From: Nageia nagi
Lineage: Eukaryota > Plantae > Pinophyta
DNA: 64,000 bases
Direction of reading: 5' to 3'
Assembly: GCA_050084985.1 (NCBI GenBank)
Contig: JBITNC010000001.1
Location: forward strand, 80,972,001 to 81,036,000
The position numbers and the translations under genes were made by a program. This document shows, one piece after another, positions 9,871-23,023 of the stretch. Each line of letters begins with the position of its first letter. Position 1 is the stretch's first letter. The notes below the pieces were generated by a model that was not told the origin of the DNA, searched no databases, and was given only the letters and a program-made list of their open reading frames with translations.

Positions 9871-12327
9871 AGAGACCAAGGGTCTCATTTTTGCAAGGAC
9901 TTCATTCTGAAGCAAAACACTTCAAGCTTGAAGAGAGAACTTTTGTAAGAGAGTAGCAAATTGATGTATCATTGCACAACTCTTTTTCAAATTAATACAA
10001 AGTGGTCAAAGCAAAGGCTTGAGTTTGAAACTTTTCACATTGGTGTTATTGATTTATTCTTTGAGGGCACTCATAGTGGGTTTGTGTACTTTCATTTTAT
10101 TGCTTTGAAAGCTCACGAGATTTAGGGAAGTCATCTCTAAAAAACTTTAAAAGTGCTTGAAGCCTACCTATGCTTGTTGCTTGATCCTTAACATGCAAGT
10201 TGATTGGGTATTCTATGTCAGATTCCTACTTCTATGACATCTTTTTAAGTCCATCCAAAGCCGTGATCCACCCACGTTGAAACTTTCCGTTTCCACCCAT
10301 TTGACGTTCATCCCGCTCCTCTTTGAAGCAATTCAAACATTAAGTTGTTGCTTGCAAGGTTGGATGAATTGGATGAAGAGTCTTTAACCGATTCAAAAGA
10401 GAGGCAACTCTTAGACAATTTCCCGTCAATGAACCTAAACCTCATACCTGACCAAGTATCCCTTCTTTCTCCAAGGTGTCGTCCTTCACCTTTTACAGTA
10501 TTACCTTTACGCTTTCTTTATGCTTTCATACAAAATATGATCGTTAAATCCACACACAAAAGTTTCGAACAAACTCCATACATCGAAGAATAAAACATTG
10601 TTGGTTAACTAAATACATACCTCTCATTCCATTCCATTGAGGCTAATTCCAAAGAGGTATACCGCACCTTTTTTATTTATCTATCCCTATTCAGAAAACA
10701 CACCAAGCGAACAAACCTTACGTCACGTCGTTGGGTCGCCGGGCAGGGTGTTTCAACAAGAGCCTTGGAGGTACGCAATCCTTTTCAACCGGGGGAATTG
10801 GTAACGCATTCCCAACTATGTTGTTTGGGATCTCCTAAGTTCCGCCTGCGATATCCAAAGTGTCTCGCACGGGAAAGAAAAGCATCCCAACACATTGGTG
10901 TTGTGTTGTTGAATGAATTGTACATTGCATGTTTAGGCCAAACGTTGGCATTCTGGCATTATAAATGTATTTGTGACTCACCCTAGCACTAACATTGGTA
11001 TCTGAAGAGTTTGATTGTGCATAGTGTTTGCCCAAGGCTTGACATCAGGGTTTGGCGGTTGTTGAGAGCTGTTTTTGAGTGGAGGTCCCTTTTGGATCAT
11101 CACAAGTGGTATCAAAGCCCAAGATCTTGCCACTTGGGGGATGAAGGCCAAATCTACAGTCAAAGTGAAGAAGTCTGAGTATGGCCAAAGGGTTTTCCGC
11201 CAGTTGCTTCAGAAATTTGACGAAGAGAAGATTCCTACAGAGGAAAGGGAGATGCTTGTTTGGTTCTTAGGAGAACGGCATGCAGCGAGGACGAGCAAGA
11301 AAAAAAGGGGAGGCATGGAAGCCCATAACAGAGTCACCACATAAAACACCACCAAGGATTGAGATCTTGCTCCGGATCTATCGCAATACTACCAAAGAAT
11401 TCCAAAGAGATGTCACTTTCTACATGTATCAAGATCTGTTAGGGTATGGAGTGGTTGCTTGGCAGAAGACCAACATTGGAGGGTTTAAGCCAGTCCAAAC
11501 CCCAACGTCTGAACCAGGAGGTATCCGAGATGGAGAGACCGCCCTGGATCGAAAGAAGATGGCCAAGAGGAAGCTAATGCTTCGATCCAACAAAACTAGC
11601 CGCAGATTAGAAGCCGTCACTGAGATAGTATCAGCTAGGAGAATGGACGCCATTATCCGGAAGAAGGATGTAGAATGGGCTTGCGTCTTCACGTTGGCTA
11701 AAGGAGGTCCCATGTTACACATTGGGGAGGCCAAAGGGCATCTGCCTGAGATCCAAGGCATTTTGGATCGGTATCCGGATGTTTTCGGTGATATTCCCAA
11801 GGGTTTGCCACTATCCAAAGGATTTGAGCATATGGTGGAGTTGGAGGCAGGAGCCAAGCCAGTCATGGTCACTCCTTATAGGCATCCGAACGTGTACTAG
11901 GATGAGATAGAGAAAGCAATTAAGGAATTGCTTGATATGGGTTTCATTCGACCTAGTTCCAGTCTGTTTGCCTCTTCGGTAGTGTTGGTGAATAAAAAGG
12001 ATGGGACGATGAGGATGTGCATAGACTACAGGCTGCTCAACAAGAAGACTATTAAAAATAGGTACCCGATCCCGAGAGTAGATGATCTCATTGATGAGTT
12101 GCATGGAGCAAATTACTTCTCCAAGATCGATTTGAGGTCCGGTTATCATCAAATCCGAATGGAGAAGGACGTCCACAAGACCACTTTTCGATGTCATTAT
12201 GGTCATTTCAAATTCTTGGTGATGTCGTTCGGATTGACCAATGCAGCAGCTACATTCCAGTCAACCATGAATCAAGTTTTCATAGATCAATTGCGAAAGT
12301 TTGTGTTGGTGTGCTTTGATGATATTC

Positions 12328-13551
12328 TGATCCATAAACTAAAAGATTAAAATTTCAATTTAACCTTTTCTTAGAATCAATTCACACTTAAAACAATTAA
12401 GTGCTTGTAAAGGAAAATCAGGAACAAATTTGTAAACACAGAGAAGAGAAAAGCATTCACCATAGAAAGAGACAAGCAAAATTTATCCTGGTTCACCCAG
12501 TGTGGGCTACATCCAGCTCAAAAGCTCTCTACTATCAATGGGTGGAATCACTTTACAAGGCCTCCATGGTCCTTCAAAACCTCCTCTCACATTCACAACA
12601 CACTCACAGCTCTTAAAATCACAACAAGAACTGAGAACAACCTTCCTGAAATCCTCCTTTTTTTTCACGTCCAATTTGCTCCCCTTTTATACAATTTTCG
12701 GAGCTAAAATTGGAGAGTATTACAACTAGGAAATTTGATAAAAAAAAAACCTATTTTCAGATACCCATTAACCTCCTTGATCTTCCTGTCAAATTTGGGC
12801 TCAAATGGTTGTAAAAATCTCCCAAAAACGAGCTCTGAAATCAAAACAATACGCTCTCTGGACTGTTTCAGGCTGACAGAATTACTCAGCCTAATAATAG
12901 GACCTTAGGCGAATCAAAAATCACCATAAACCTTTGAAAACGCCAAAATACGTTAAAAAAAACTTAAAATCGGGTGGGTGCACAATGGTGGCAACACGTG
13001 GCGCTTGCTGGGCAGAAGTCAACCTCCTGTTGACTGGCGGCTTGGCTGGCGATCAGGAGGTGGCATGGCAGTTTGGCTGGCGGCTTGGTCTGGCGTGGGC
13101 GGTCAGACGGCGATCAGACGCGGTTGGCGGTCGCATGGCGGTCTCGGCTGGCGACTTGCGTGGGCGGTCTCATCGGTCTCGTGGGCGGATTGGTAGCAAG
13201 CTGGCGGTCAACCTGCGGGCCCCTCTTTCCCCCGCCTCGTCCTCCACGCGGCACTCCACGCAGGCGGTCTCCATTCACCCATCAACCTTCCACGCACGCC
13301 TCATCGCCTCCGACGTGGTCCGGCAGGTCCTGCCACAATGGCCGCCAAAACATTTGAATAAATTTTATTATTATTTTTTTTCTTTTTTTTTTTTTCATCA
13401 AAATACTCAAACTGAATTAATACCATATCTTCCACATACGGACTCGGATTCTCGATCCGAAAGAAGCGTCGGAAAGCTGAAGACAAGACGATCACACTGA
13501 ACACACTAAATGGAGATTACTGAATGTTGAAGGGATCCAAATTTTGGATCA
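12328..13551 (-). mobile_element. Solo LTR (1,224 bp) inserted in the RT FDD-IL motif
   Basis: Termini TGATCCA...TGGATCA, TSD TATTC/TATCC, and the RT frame resumes afterwards. Minus orientation is inferred from GTATAAAAGGGG and the U5-type motif GGATGTAGCCCACACTGGGTGAACCA, which also occurs in the copia LTR at 34622. Confidence 0.85.
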
Positions 13552-14241
13552 TATCCTGATATACAGCCAAACTTGGAAGGAGCACCTTAGACATTTGGAT
13601 CACGTCTTGAAGGTACTACAGGAACAAAGGTTTTACGCCAAATTGTCCAAATGTGAGTTTGGTATGACAGAGATATTGTACCTAGGGCATGTCATCAGCC
13701 ATGAGGGAGTTAAGGTTGATGAGCAAAAGATATCAGCCATTCAGGAATGGCCAGCCCCCACGTCCCTCACATAGCTGAGAGAGTTCTTAGGGTTATGCAA
13801 CTACTACAGGCAATTCATCTGTGGTTTCTCCCACTTAGCTTCCCCCCTCATGCAGCTCACTAAGAAAGATGTATTCGTTTGGGGAAGAGAGGCTCAAGAA
13901 GCCTTTGAAAGACTAAAGACGGTCATGTGCTCTTGCCCCTGTTTGGCCATACCAGATTTCTCAGCCCCCTTCACCATGGAATGTGATGCCTCCAAGTTGG
14001 GCGTTGGAGCTATGTTGATGCACAATGGGCAGTGATTGCATTTAAGAGCCAGAAGTTGTCCAATGCAGAGCAGAGTTTCAGTGTTTATGACAAGGAGATG
14101 TTGGCCGTTATGCATGCACTGGAAAGGTTTAAGCAGTACTTGGTTTGTGGGCCTTTCACCATTAGAAGTGACCACAATAGCCTGAAGTATTTCCTCAGCC
14201 AGACAGACTTGAGTGAGAAGCAGCAAAGATGGGTAAGCAAA

Positions 14242-15216
14242 TGTAATGTCCCAAAATATTTTAATTTATGTTTTGTTGTGTTTCTAGGCTTCTAAGGGGT
14301 GGGTCAGTGTGTTTTGAGAAGTTTTATTTTTAGTATAAGTATTTAGAAAGTTGGTTGTGTATTTAGAATAGTTTTGGGATAAGAAAAATTGTATAAATTA
14401 ATGTCATTGACCTGGTACACATTTTTAGTTTGATGGTTGAGATGATAAGGCAGTATTAAATGTCTCTACTATTTGTAACTTCCATTTTGGCAAAAGTAAC
14501 TGTTATGAGGTCAAAGTCCAAGGTATTATTTAATGCTTTTGTAACTGCCATAGGAGAGGATTTGTAACTGTTATGAGGCAGAGAGGTTTGAATTAAGACT
14601 TCCATGGCTATATAAGAGGAAGAGCTGGTCATTTGGTGAGGGCTAATTTTGGTAGAGAACTTGAAGAGCTTGCATGCTCTTGGGCCTTACTATTTTGCTA
14701 AGGATTTTTAAGAGGGGTTCCCATTAAATCTGATCTAATGGAGATTGGAGGAGAGATCTGAAGACTATTTACCCATTTGATGACAAATCTATTCAATGTC
14801 TGTATTTGTGCTTGCATGTTTGAAGATTCAGTGTTTTGGACACCCATTTGCACTCAAAAATTAAGGGACTGTGAGTTAGGGCTTGGACCAATTGTTAGAG
14901 GAGAGCAGAATACAGAATCTGAAGACACAATATCCTTATACACCCAAATCTGAAGCTGTCTACATATAGCCAAGGTCCTGCAGTGATGTGTCTAATTGTG
15001 TAAGCAATATTTGTGTGTTCTCAAGTTTAATGAGAGATCTGTTTAGCATACTTTGATTGTGCCTTCACTTATACAAGTTGTAATGTTCTATTGTTTTGGA
15101 GTGTTGTGTGTGATTGCCATCTATATTCAACAAAAAACAAGTATGAAAGGCAAAAAAATCAGTCCTATTCCTATTATGTCTTAAAGTGATTGTGTATTTG
15201 CATTTGGTCTATTTCA
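14242..15216 (+). mobile_element. Solo LTR (975 bp) inserted at the RNase H end
   Basis: TGTAATG...ATTTCA, perfect TSD GCAAA (14237-14241 / 15217-15221), QQRWVSK|LHLFDFEIQYVKGKN rejoins across it, and CTATATAAG lies near 14608. Confidence 0.9.
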
Positions 15217-18200
15217 GCAAACTCCATTTGTTTGACTTTGAGATTCAGTATGTCAAGGGAAAGAACATAGCAGCTTATGCACTATCCAGAAATCCCTCTT
15301 TCTATTCTCTTTCCTTCATTGTGGCTGAATGGAAGAAGGACCTCATGGATGAATACGCCTAGGATGAGTTTGCCTCCGGTGTTCTTAGTGGTGCGGTGAA
15401 GAACAAGAGATATGTAGTTAGGGAGGGGCTGATCTTAAAAAGGAACTGGGTCTTCTTAACCCCAACGTCTGAGGTGAAGAAGAAGGTGTTGCATGCACTC
15501 TACAATACCCCTCTCACAAGACACGCAGGCATCACAAAGACCTATCAGGCTGTGAGGAAGAGATTCATGTGGAAAACGCTCAAGCAAGACGTCTTGAAGC
15601 ATGTCCAGGAGTGTACACAATGCCAGGAGAATAAGGAGGAACATACGAAGCAGGGAGGATTGCTTCAACCATTACCCATTCCTCATCAGAAATGGGAGGA
15701 CATCTCCATGGACTTTATCATCGGCCTACCCAAGGCCCAGGGCAAGGATAGTATCTTAGTAGTGATGGATAGGCTCACCAAGTTCGCCCATTTCCTTGCC
15801 ATCACCACCACCCATACGACTACACAAATAGCTAATCTATTCTTTAGGGAGATCTTCAGGTTGCACGGGTTGCCAAAGAGGATAGTGAGTGATCGGGACA
15901 ACAAGTTCATGAGTTTGTTCTGGCAGGAGTTGTTCCGGTTGAGTGGGACGAACCTCACCCTAGCACCAGCTACCACCCGCAGACAAATGGACAAATAGAG
16001 ATTGTCAACAAATGGGTAGAGGGGTACTTGAGACATTATGTGACAGGGCAACAACAAACATGGGTCAAGTGGCTCCACGTTGGGCAATATTGCTATAACA
16101 TTACTCACCATATGTCTATTAAGATGTCTCCTTTCCATGCTTTATATGATTATGACCCTCCTAACTTCACGGATCTGATTTTTAATGAAGGAAGGGCACC
16201 CAAGGCTAACGATTTCTTGTAGGAGTACCAAGACATTATGAGGGTGCTAAAGGGGAACCTGCATATGGCTCAAAATCGGCAAAATAAGTATTATGATTAG
16301 CACAAAACAGAGAGGAGTTTCGAGGTGGGAGATATGGTGTACTTACAGCTGCATCCATTCTGACAATCCTCACTCAAGAAGCAGAAGGCAAAGAAACTAC
16401 AGCCAAGGTTCTTCGGCCCATACAAGGTCCTACATAGGGTGGGAGATGTTGCCTACGAGTTGGAGTTGCCCAAGGGGAGTGGGATACATAACACCTTCCA
16501 CGTCTCACTTCTAAAGAAGGCCCTGGGGCAGCAGGACATCTCATCCATTATTCTTCCCCCACTTAATGATGAGGGGCAATTGGTTCTGATTCCGGAGAGG
16601 GTGTTGGAGACTAGAGTCAAGAAATTGAGGTCCAGAGAGATTCAGGAGTACCTCATCAAATGGAAGGATTTGCCAGATGAAGATTCAACATGGAAAGGAG
16701 CAAACATACTCACACATCCATCATTGAGTTGCTTGAGGGCAAGCACTCTTGAGAGGGGAGGCTTTGTGATGTCCCCCTTGTTCTCTAGTCATTAATTGTA
16801 CGATCCGGAAAGATCTACTTGTAATATACTCTTCTTATGTATTTCTCTTTATGTTGTAACTTAGGATAGGAGACTTAATGGGTCAATGGACCCCACTGTG
16901 AGCCCCAAGTGGGACGTCTCCCTCCTAAGGATAGATTAGGAGTATTTTTCATGCTTGGAGATCCCAATAATGATTGTGGGAATCCCAAGACTCATATATG
17001 TATTAGAGAGTCACTTATATGCTAGAGCCAGGCCTGGATAGGCCCCCACACCCCCATGTTGGCTCAATTATTCTCCTAGACCCCACATCAGCCCTCTTCC
17101 ACATCATGGGCATGCGTGGCACTCCCTGACCCAGTCGTTGGCACTTAATACCCTTGGGACCCCACGTTGGCATGTCTAGCCATTAGACACCCATGTTGGG
17201 CATTTCGAGCCCCTAGGAAGCCAACGTTGGTATAAGAGTTGGATGGTGATTCCTAGACAAGACCTTGATAGGACAAAGTATAAATAGACACAAAGGGCTC
17301 ATTATTGAACACACTTGATCATTACTACGTTAATTCTCCTATTTCGTCCAATGGACAAGACATTAACGGAGCGCTAATTGTATTCCTTAGGTGGAGCACC
17401 TAAGAGGGTAGCCATGCGTTGGGATCTTGACTATCTACGGCTTTGGTGGAGCACCATAGCCCATCCAATGGTACTCGAGGGTTTATTCCTACCGTTTAGT
17501 TAGTTGACCAGAGATCGAGGAGAGCTCCTTTAGTGGGGAGGAATTGAGATTTGAGGGTATAGATCTATCCTATGGTTCTAAGGTAATTGCAGATTGTTAT
17601 CATTGTGTTCAGCTTGGCTCTTAAGAAGCCCACGATTGCCCTAGGAGGGTTTGTATGATTTTGTACTACTCCATATTTGAACATACTCGATAAGGGTTCC
17701 TGGCTCTCATATTGTGTTGTCTTATGCATGCGTTGGCTCATTGTGATTTCTCATACTTGTATTTCTCCTACGTTGGTGTTGTGTTGTTGAATGAATTGTA
17801 CATTGCATGTTTAGGCCAGACGTTGGCATTCTGGCATTATAAATGTGTTTGTGACTCACCCTAGCACTAACGTTGGTATCTGAAGAGTTTGATTGTGCAT
17901 AGTGTGTGCCCTAGGCTTGACGTTAGGGTTTGGGGGTCGTTGAGAGCTGGTTTTGAGTGGAGATCCCTTTTGGATCATCGCAGGCGAGCCCTAGGTGGGT
18001 GAAATCTATTAGGACATTGCGGGCACATATTGTGGATTTGAAAGTGTAGACACCTAAAAATGATTTTCTATTTATCATAAAATCATATTTATGGTATCTA
18101 GAAATAAATAATGCAAATGTCAAGAAAAGGTGTAAAGCAAATGTATAAAACGAGGAGCATAGTGTGGCATTCCCTATCATATTCTTGGGTTATCATATCT

Positions 18201-18690
18201 ACACTCAATCTAGATAGATTGACATAGAGGTTGCATTCCCATATCACAAACAATCGATATCTATCCACACCTCATATCCAAGGATCTGTTATACTCTTTG
18301 CACATGATTAAATTGTTCTCGTTTGATCTCAATATCTTGCAGAAATAGAAATGTCGACAGTATCAGAAGCCCAAAAATGTCAACATTATTCTTCTAGCAT
18401 ATTTAGGTGGCCGGTCAGAGATCAATTTGTTGAGGAGCTAGAGGTACCAAATTGTACATATGTTCATCCTAGATCTTACCCAGTTTGAGAAATTGAGAGG
18501 AATATTGGTCCATCTGGTACAATTATTTGAGGGTGTGGATATTAAGGCAAATTATGAAACTAATTCATTTTTATTAGTCTATAGAAAGGATAAATTTTGT
18601 TGTCACTTTTCCCTATCTTGTAAAAGAGCTTAAACCTTCAGTACAATAGACACTTTGCCTGACATTTAGTACTGTTCTGATGGAGAATGA

Positions 18691-19620
18691 TGTTGAAAAC
18701 GCTTTGGAAATTGTAGATACTTAAAATTGCATTTTAACTATTTAAATTGACTTTATTTAAGTGATTTACTTGACCTACGCAAAAATGTCAATTTAGGTCC
18801 ATTTTAGGTTATTCTAGACTAACTTAAGTGAAATCCCATAAGTTACCATTATCTTTGATGCAAATTGCTCCAAATAAATTCACCTAGGTGAACCCAAAAT
18901 CTAATTTAACAAACATATATATATCACTCCCAAGTGCTCATTTATAAGAGAGGACAATAAAAAAAAGCAATACCAAAACGAAGGAAGCAATTATCATCGA
19001 TCATCTCCCATTATCGCAACAGGAATATAAAATCATCAAAGGAGCCAAAAGCTAAATCCCAAAGGAAGCGTAACCTAAAATAGGTAGTAGCCTTAAAATG
19101 CCTAGCATTTTCACACTTAGTCATAAAATGCCAAAAAATTTAGCCTATTGTCAAAAACGCCTAACGTTTTGGCATTGTTGGTCCAAAATGTGAGCACTCC
19201 AGCTCCAAGGTTTGAGAATTGCGACAATTGATCTAGATCACTCCAAAATGTTTATGCACCTATTGTAGCATGTTCTAGCATCATCAAAGGAGAATCAATC
19301 TCAAAATCATCTCCAAAATTATCACTTCAGAATCTTCACAATCATCAATCCAAAATCAAAATTATCCAAACCAATCATCTCGCTACATCCAAGGTTCACC
19401 CTCCAAGATCACAAATTGTCTATAAACAAGCCCCTTGTAACCACAATCCTATATAGGAGTAATAGTACGCACCCAAAAGATGGTTAAACATGTAGTTCAG
19501 GAAGCTGCATGTTTTTGGTCTGTATATTGTTGATGATGTAATTGTTTTACAAGTTCATTCCCACAAATGTATTCCTTCATTTCTCTACAATCCATCCTAG
19601 CCTAACAGTAGTATCAAAAA
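18691..19620 (+). mobile_element. Possible old LTR followed by a degenerate tRNA-Met PBS
   Basis: TGTTG at 18691, CTATAAA at 19420 and ...CCTAACA (19607) followed by GTAGTATCAAAA. There is no partner LTR or TSD, so the start is uncertain. Confidence 0.35.
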
Positions 19621-21159
19621 CCGGCCACTAATGCTGCTTAACTTGGGTGTGTGAATCATCTCAAGTTGAGTTTGAAATCCTCATGCTTTCATTCAACCTG
19701 GATATGAAACACATTCGTCCATAACTTGCCATTTTTTGTTGGTTTCCTCATTGTTACAATTGTTGTTATGACACTTTGAATTTATGGCAGTTTGTTGATG
19801 TAGGGCGAGTGAAAGAAGTAGTTGGTTAGAACCTTGCGCTGAAGAGGTGCCCTGCACAAACTAGTGGAAGAGGTATCCTGCACAAACTAGTCGCATGCTG
19901 CATGGTGCTTGGTTTTTGTCTCCACAACTAGGTGGGCAAGGGCATACGGTCACACACCTGCTTAGAAACACCTCATTTTCTGTGCACGAAATTCAGGCAT
20001 CTATTGGTGAACATAAAATGCAGACGTGGACATCACAAGAACCCCCAACACCGCTACCAAAAGCAACCAAATAGCTGAAGATTGTGATCATCATAAGCAG
20101 GCATAAACACCAACAAATGCAAAATATCATTCTCCAGCGATGTGACACTATCAACTTCGGAGGTAATAGGACTAGGAAGATCTCAAAGCGTCTCACCTAG
20201 CATGTTTGCAAGAAATGCTTGTTGTTTGCTTTGAATTGCCAAACAAGGAATGTTGTGTTTGATGTATCAAATCGAGCACAACATATTCAATGAGTAGGAA
20301 TGATGTTTTCTATCGTAGTAAAATAGCCAATGAAGAAGGCGAAAGGGTTATGTTGGCTGTAAAGTATTTGTTTTACGCTTTGTTGTTTCACCAAAAAATT
20401 GCCCACATCAGGAGGCAAGATTTCATTTGGTTGAGATTGCAAATAGCAAAGCAGTTTGAAATCAGCTATGTAAAGTGTGACGATTTTGTTGTGCATTGAA
20501 TAATTTTAAAGGCTTTACAAGGTATTGCACTTTTATAAACAAGTTGAATGGAAGTACGACAGTGGCAAAATCATTTAATTACTCCAAACGAGGTCATGAG
20601 TTCAAATTCTAATCTTGCAAATTCATAGGTGTTTTTTTTAGACACCTTATTTTTCAAAGATCTTTATAAAAGAGGGGCTACATAAGAAACCTAGATGTGA
20701 AGGTTTTTTTTAAGAAATTAATACCTTTTTATTAAAATTTAAGAGATTTTCAATTTCAAAGAATTTGAGAGACATTCGTAAAACATAAGATACCTTCAAC
20801 TACATCATTTTTACAACTTGAAGTTATATATCGCCTGTATTGGTGTTTCCTTTGCAAAATTGGTGATAAATATGCCTAATTTTTGACAAGAAGACTTCTT
20901 GGAAAGATAATTTTTTAGCCACTCCACAAATTTGAAAAATGCATCCACGAGATTTCTCTTTTGATTCCAACTGACCAACATTGGTCTCTAATGGATCATG
21001 GATGTTAATAAACAAACTTTCTAATTTCTAATAATTCCAAAATAATTAAATCCTATGAAAAGAGAAATGAGAAAAGAAGAGCAAATTTATTGATATCGTT
21101 GTTCTACAAATAAAAATCTAAAACCCTTAAAGGACAAGGAAATCACACACAAGACATAC

Positions 21160-21216
21160 CTTATAAAATTCATAAGCAAACAGTTGTACAGCACTGTATG
21201 GAATGACACGCACCAC
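21160..21216 (-). CDS. TAAC: Plastid ADP/ATP carrier (TAAC/EAAC-like) exon 4: VVRVIPYSAVQLFAYEFYK
   Basis: AG/GT flanked, 57 bp, matching the carrier motif VIRI(V/I)PYSAVQLFAYE.YK. Confidence 0.93.
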
Positions 21217-21329
21217 CTGAAAGAACAACAAGTCACCAGACAGTAGTACTAAAATTAGAGTCTACAGCATATAATGCCACGTGAAGAACACTATAAACTT
21301 CTATATGAAATCAACAAAAACATAAAACG

Positions 21330-21331
<2 letters not shown>

Positions 21332-21408
<77 letters not shown>
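21332..21408. repeat. (TA)n microsatellite in intron 3
   Basis: More than 30 TA units. Confidence 0.97.
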
Positions 21409-21440
21409 GTATGATGAGCTTTTAAATTTAATTAGAATAC

Positions 21441-21503
21441 CTGAGGAACATTCCCTTTCCAGTAACCTTTTAGTCCTTCTTCCTTTCCAATCTTTCCAAA
21501 AGC
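21441..21503 (-). CDS. TAAC: TAAC/EAAC-like exon 3: AFGKIGKEEGLKGYWKGNVPQ
   Basis: AG/GT flanked, 63 bp, carrier signature EG..GYWKGN.PQ. Confidence 0.93.
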
Positions 21504-23023
21504 CTGGAACCAAGTTTGTTGAACATCCATTAACTTTCAAAGTTACAAACAATATCAACAAACAATGAAAGAAACACAGCATAACTCAAAATGAGATAAT
21601 CATAGCTACTTCCATAATCATTTTGGAGTATAATGTAACTGACTTTCTATATTAAAATTGTACAAGCAATATTTATTACAAGAAAGTATGAATTTAAATT
21701 TTTTTTACTTCTGTACTATTTATTAAATCTCATTGAATTCCATTTCTATATGTTGTTTTATTTTCATTCTAGGAACTTTCTCTTTTACATTTCTCAAGGA
21801 CATTCTAGCCCTGTTCTTCATAGCAACATATTAATTGTAAAAGTATACATAGAAATTCGAGTATGTAAATTTCCTCTATTTTCTCATTGAAAGGAAGTAC
21901 TAACTTACTAAGTAGAAAGGTAGAATGCAGTAACAGATACTGTAAATACCACAAACGAAGAATATAAAAAAGGTGAAGAATAGGCATTTTAGGATTTCAC
22001 TCGGTTGTAAAAATATCAATGGATTGAAACCACTTGTGAGACCGAGTTTGACAATTAATTGTGTTCCAAGTCTTCGGAAGTCAAACGTGACAAAAAATGT
22101 GTTTCAAGAAAAGCATGTGACTACAAAAACTATTGGTGACAACCATTTGAGTTACAAGAAATGCCTTTATAATTAGATTCACTACTCAAAGTAGATATAT
22201 TTTAAGTGATTCAGAAGTTATAAATAAACCAAAGAGAAAAGATGATATCATATAGTTAACTAAAATATGGTTCAAGAAATAGGTTAGAATCAGAATCCAA
22301 ATTAGAATTAATATGTCCATTGGATTTTTCATGGATCTCACATTGTCTATAGAAATGTATTCTATTGCTCAAATAGGCACTCTTCGAGTTTTCGCTAGAG
22401 TACATTTCTGGGACTTGGTTGAAAATTATCTGCCTACTACACAGAGATTTCAGCCCTCATGAATGGACATTCCACAACTTTTCAGGGAATCCAAGAATAC
22501 TGCTAGTTCCATGATGAAACAAATGAGATAGTACTAAGTAACCAATATAGCAATGGTTAGACCGGAAATCATTGTGACTTGAAATTGTTGCAATATGATT
22601 AGATTTTATTCTCTGGTTTTGCTAGAATTAAAGAACATGCAACCTACTCTCTTAAATCAAGAAATTCACCAGGTTAGATGATCTAACAAAGACACACATG
22701 CGTTAGCACAGTCCAAGCAAAAAATATCAATAAAGATATAAAACTAGGTGTAATAAAATCATTTTGCATTCATCTGAAATGCAAATTGCAGCTTCAAGAA
22801 CAAGGAAATGTCTTCATGCTAAAAATCTAGTGTGCCAGACTCTGCAATAGTTTTAATTAAACCATTGTGCATTCACCAAAACTACACTGCAGCATCAAGA
22901 ACAAGGAAATATCATCATGCTAAAAATTTAATGTGACAGATTCTCGAATAACAAAGAATTGTAGATAAAAATCTAGAACATAAATATCTGGCAAATAGAA
23001 GACTGTAGAGGATTGCAACTTAC

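Larger units (their letters stand above)
2894..10892 (+). mobile_element. 7,999-bp TG..CA insertion, interpreted as a giant solo LTR containing a protein-coding region
   Basis: Ends are TGTTG...CAACA with TSD CGTTG (2889-2893) / CATTG (10893-10897). Removing it restores the host LTR as seen uninterrupted at 17761-17800. No internal LTR pair, PBS, gag, RT or integrase. Confidence 0.8.
11600..16764 (+). pseudogene. Chromovirus pol (RT-RNase H-integrase-chromodomain) with stops, frameshifts and two insertions
   Basis: [34 protein letters not shown] (RT); ECDASKLGVGA, YDKEMLAV, SDHNSLKY (RH); HAGITKTY..CTQCQ, ISMDFI, IVSDRD (INT); PERVLETRVKKLRSREIQEYLIKWKDLPDEDSTW (chromodomain). Confidence 0.93.
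2073..17982 (+). mobile_element. Decayed Ty3/gypsy chromovirus with three nested insertions; 5' LTR truncated and split (2073-2893 + 10893-11104), 3' LTR 16765-17982
   Basis: The two LTR copies align. PBS TGGTATCAAAGCC (tRNA-iMet) at 11107-11119, PPT GAGAGGGGAGG at 16751-16761, 3' LTR TGTGATG...CATCGCA, and domain order RT-RH-INT-chromodomain. Confidence 0.92.

Noticed and set aside
2894-10892. Endogenous virus (caulimovirid or other) or DNA transposon interpretation
   Set aside because: No movement, coat, RT, Rep or DDE motifs. TG..CA ends plus a 5-bp TSD point to retroviral-type integrase.
12934-13504. GC-rich ORFs (188 aa and overlaps) suggesting a captured gene
   Set aside because: They lie inside a TSD-bounded solo LTR, are open in several frames because of GC content, and show no protein motif.
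19620-20520. Coding-like region with short ORFs on both strands and a 26-bp tandem duplication
   Set aside because: No recognisable motif, and it is not the missing carrier exon. It cannot be assigned without a search.
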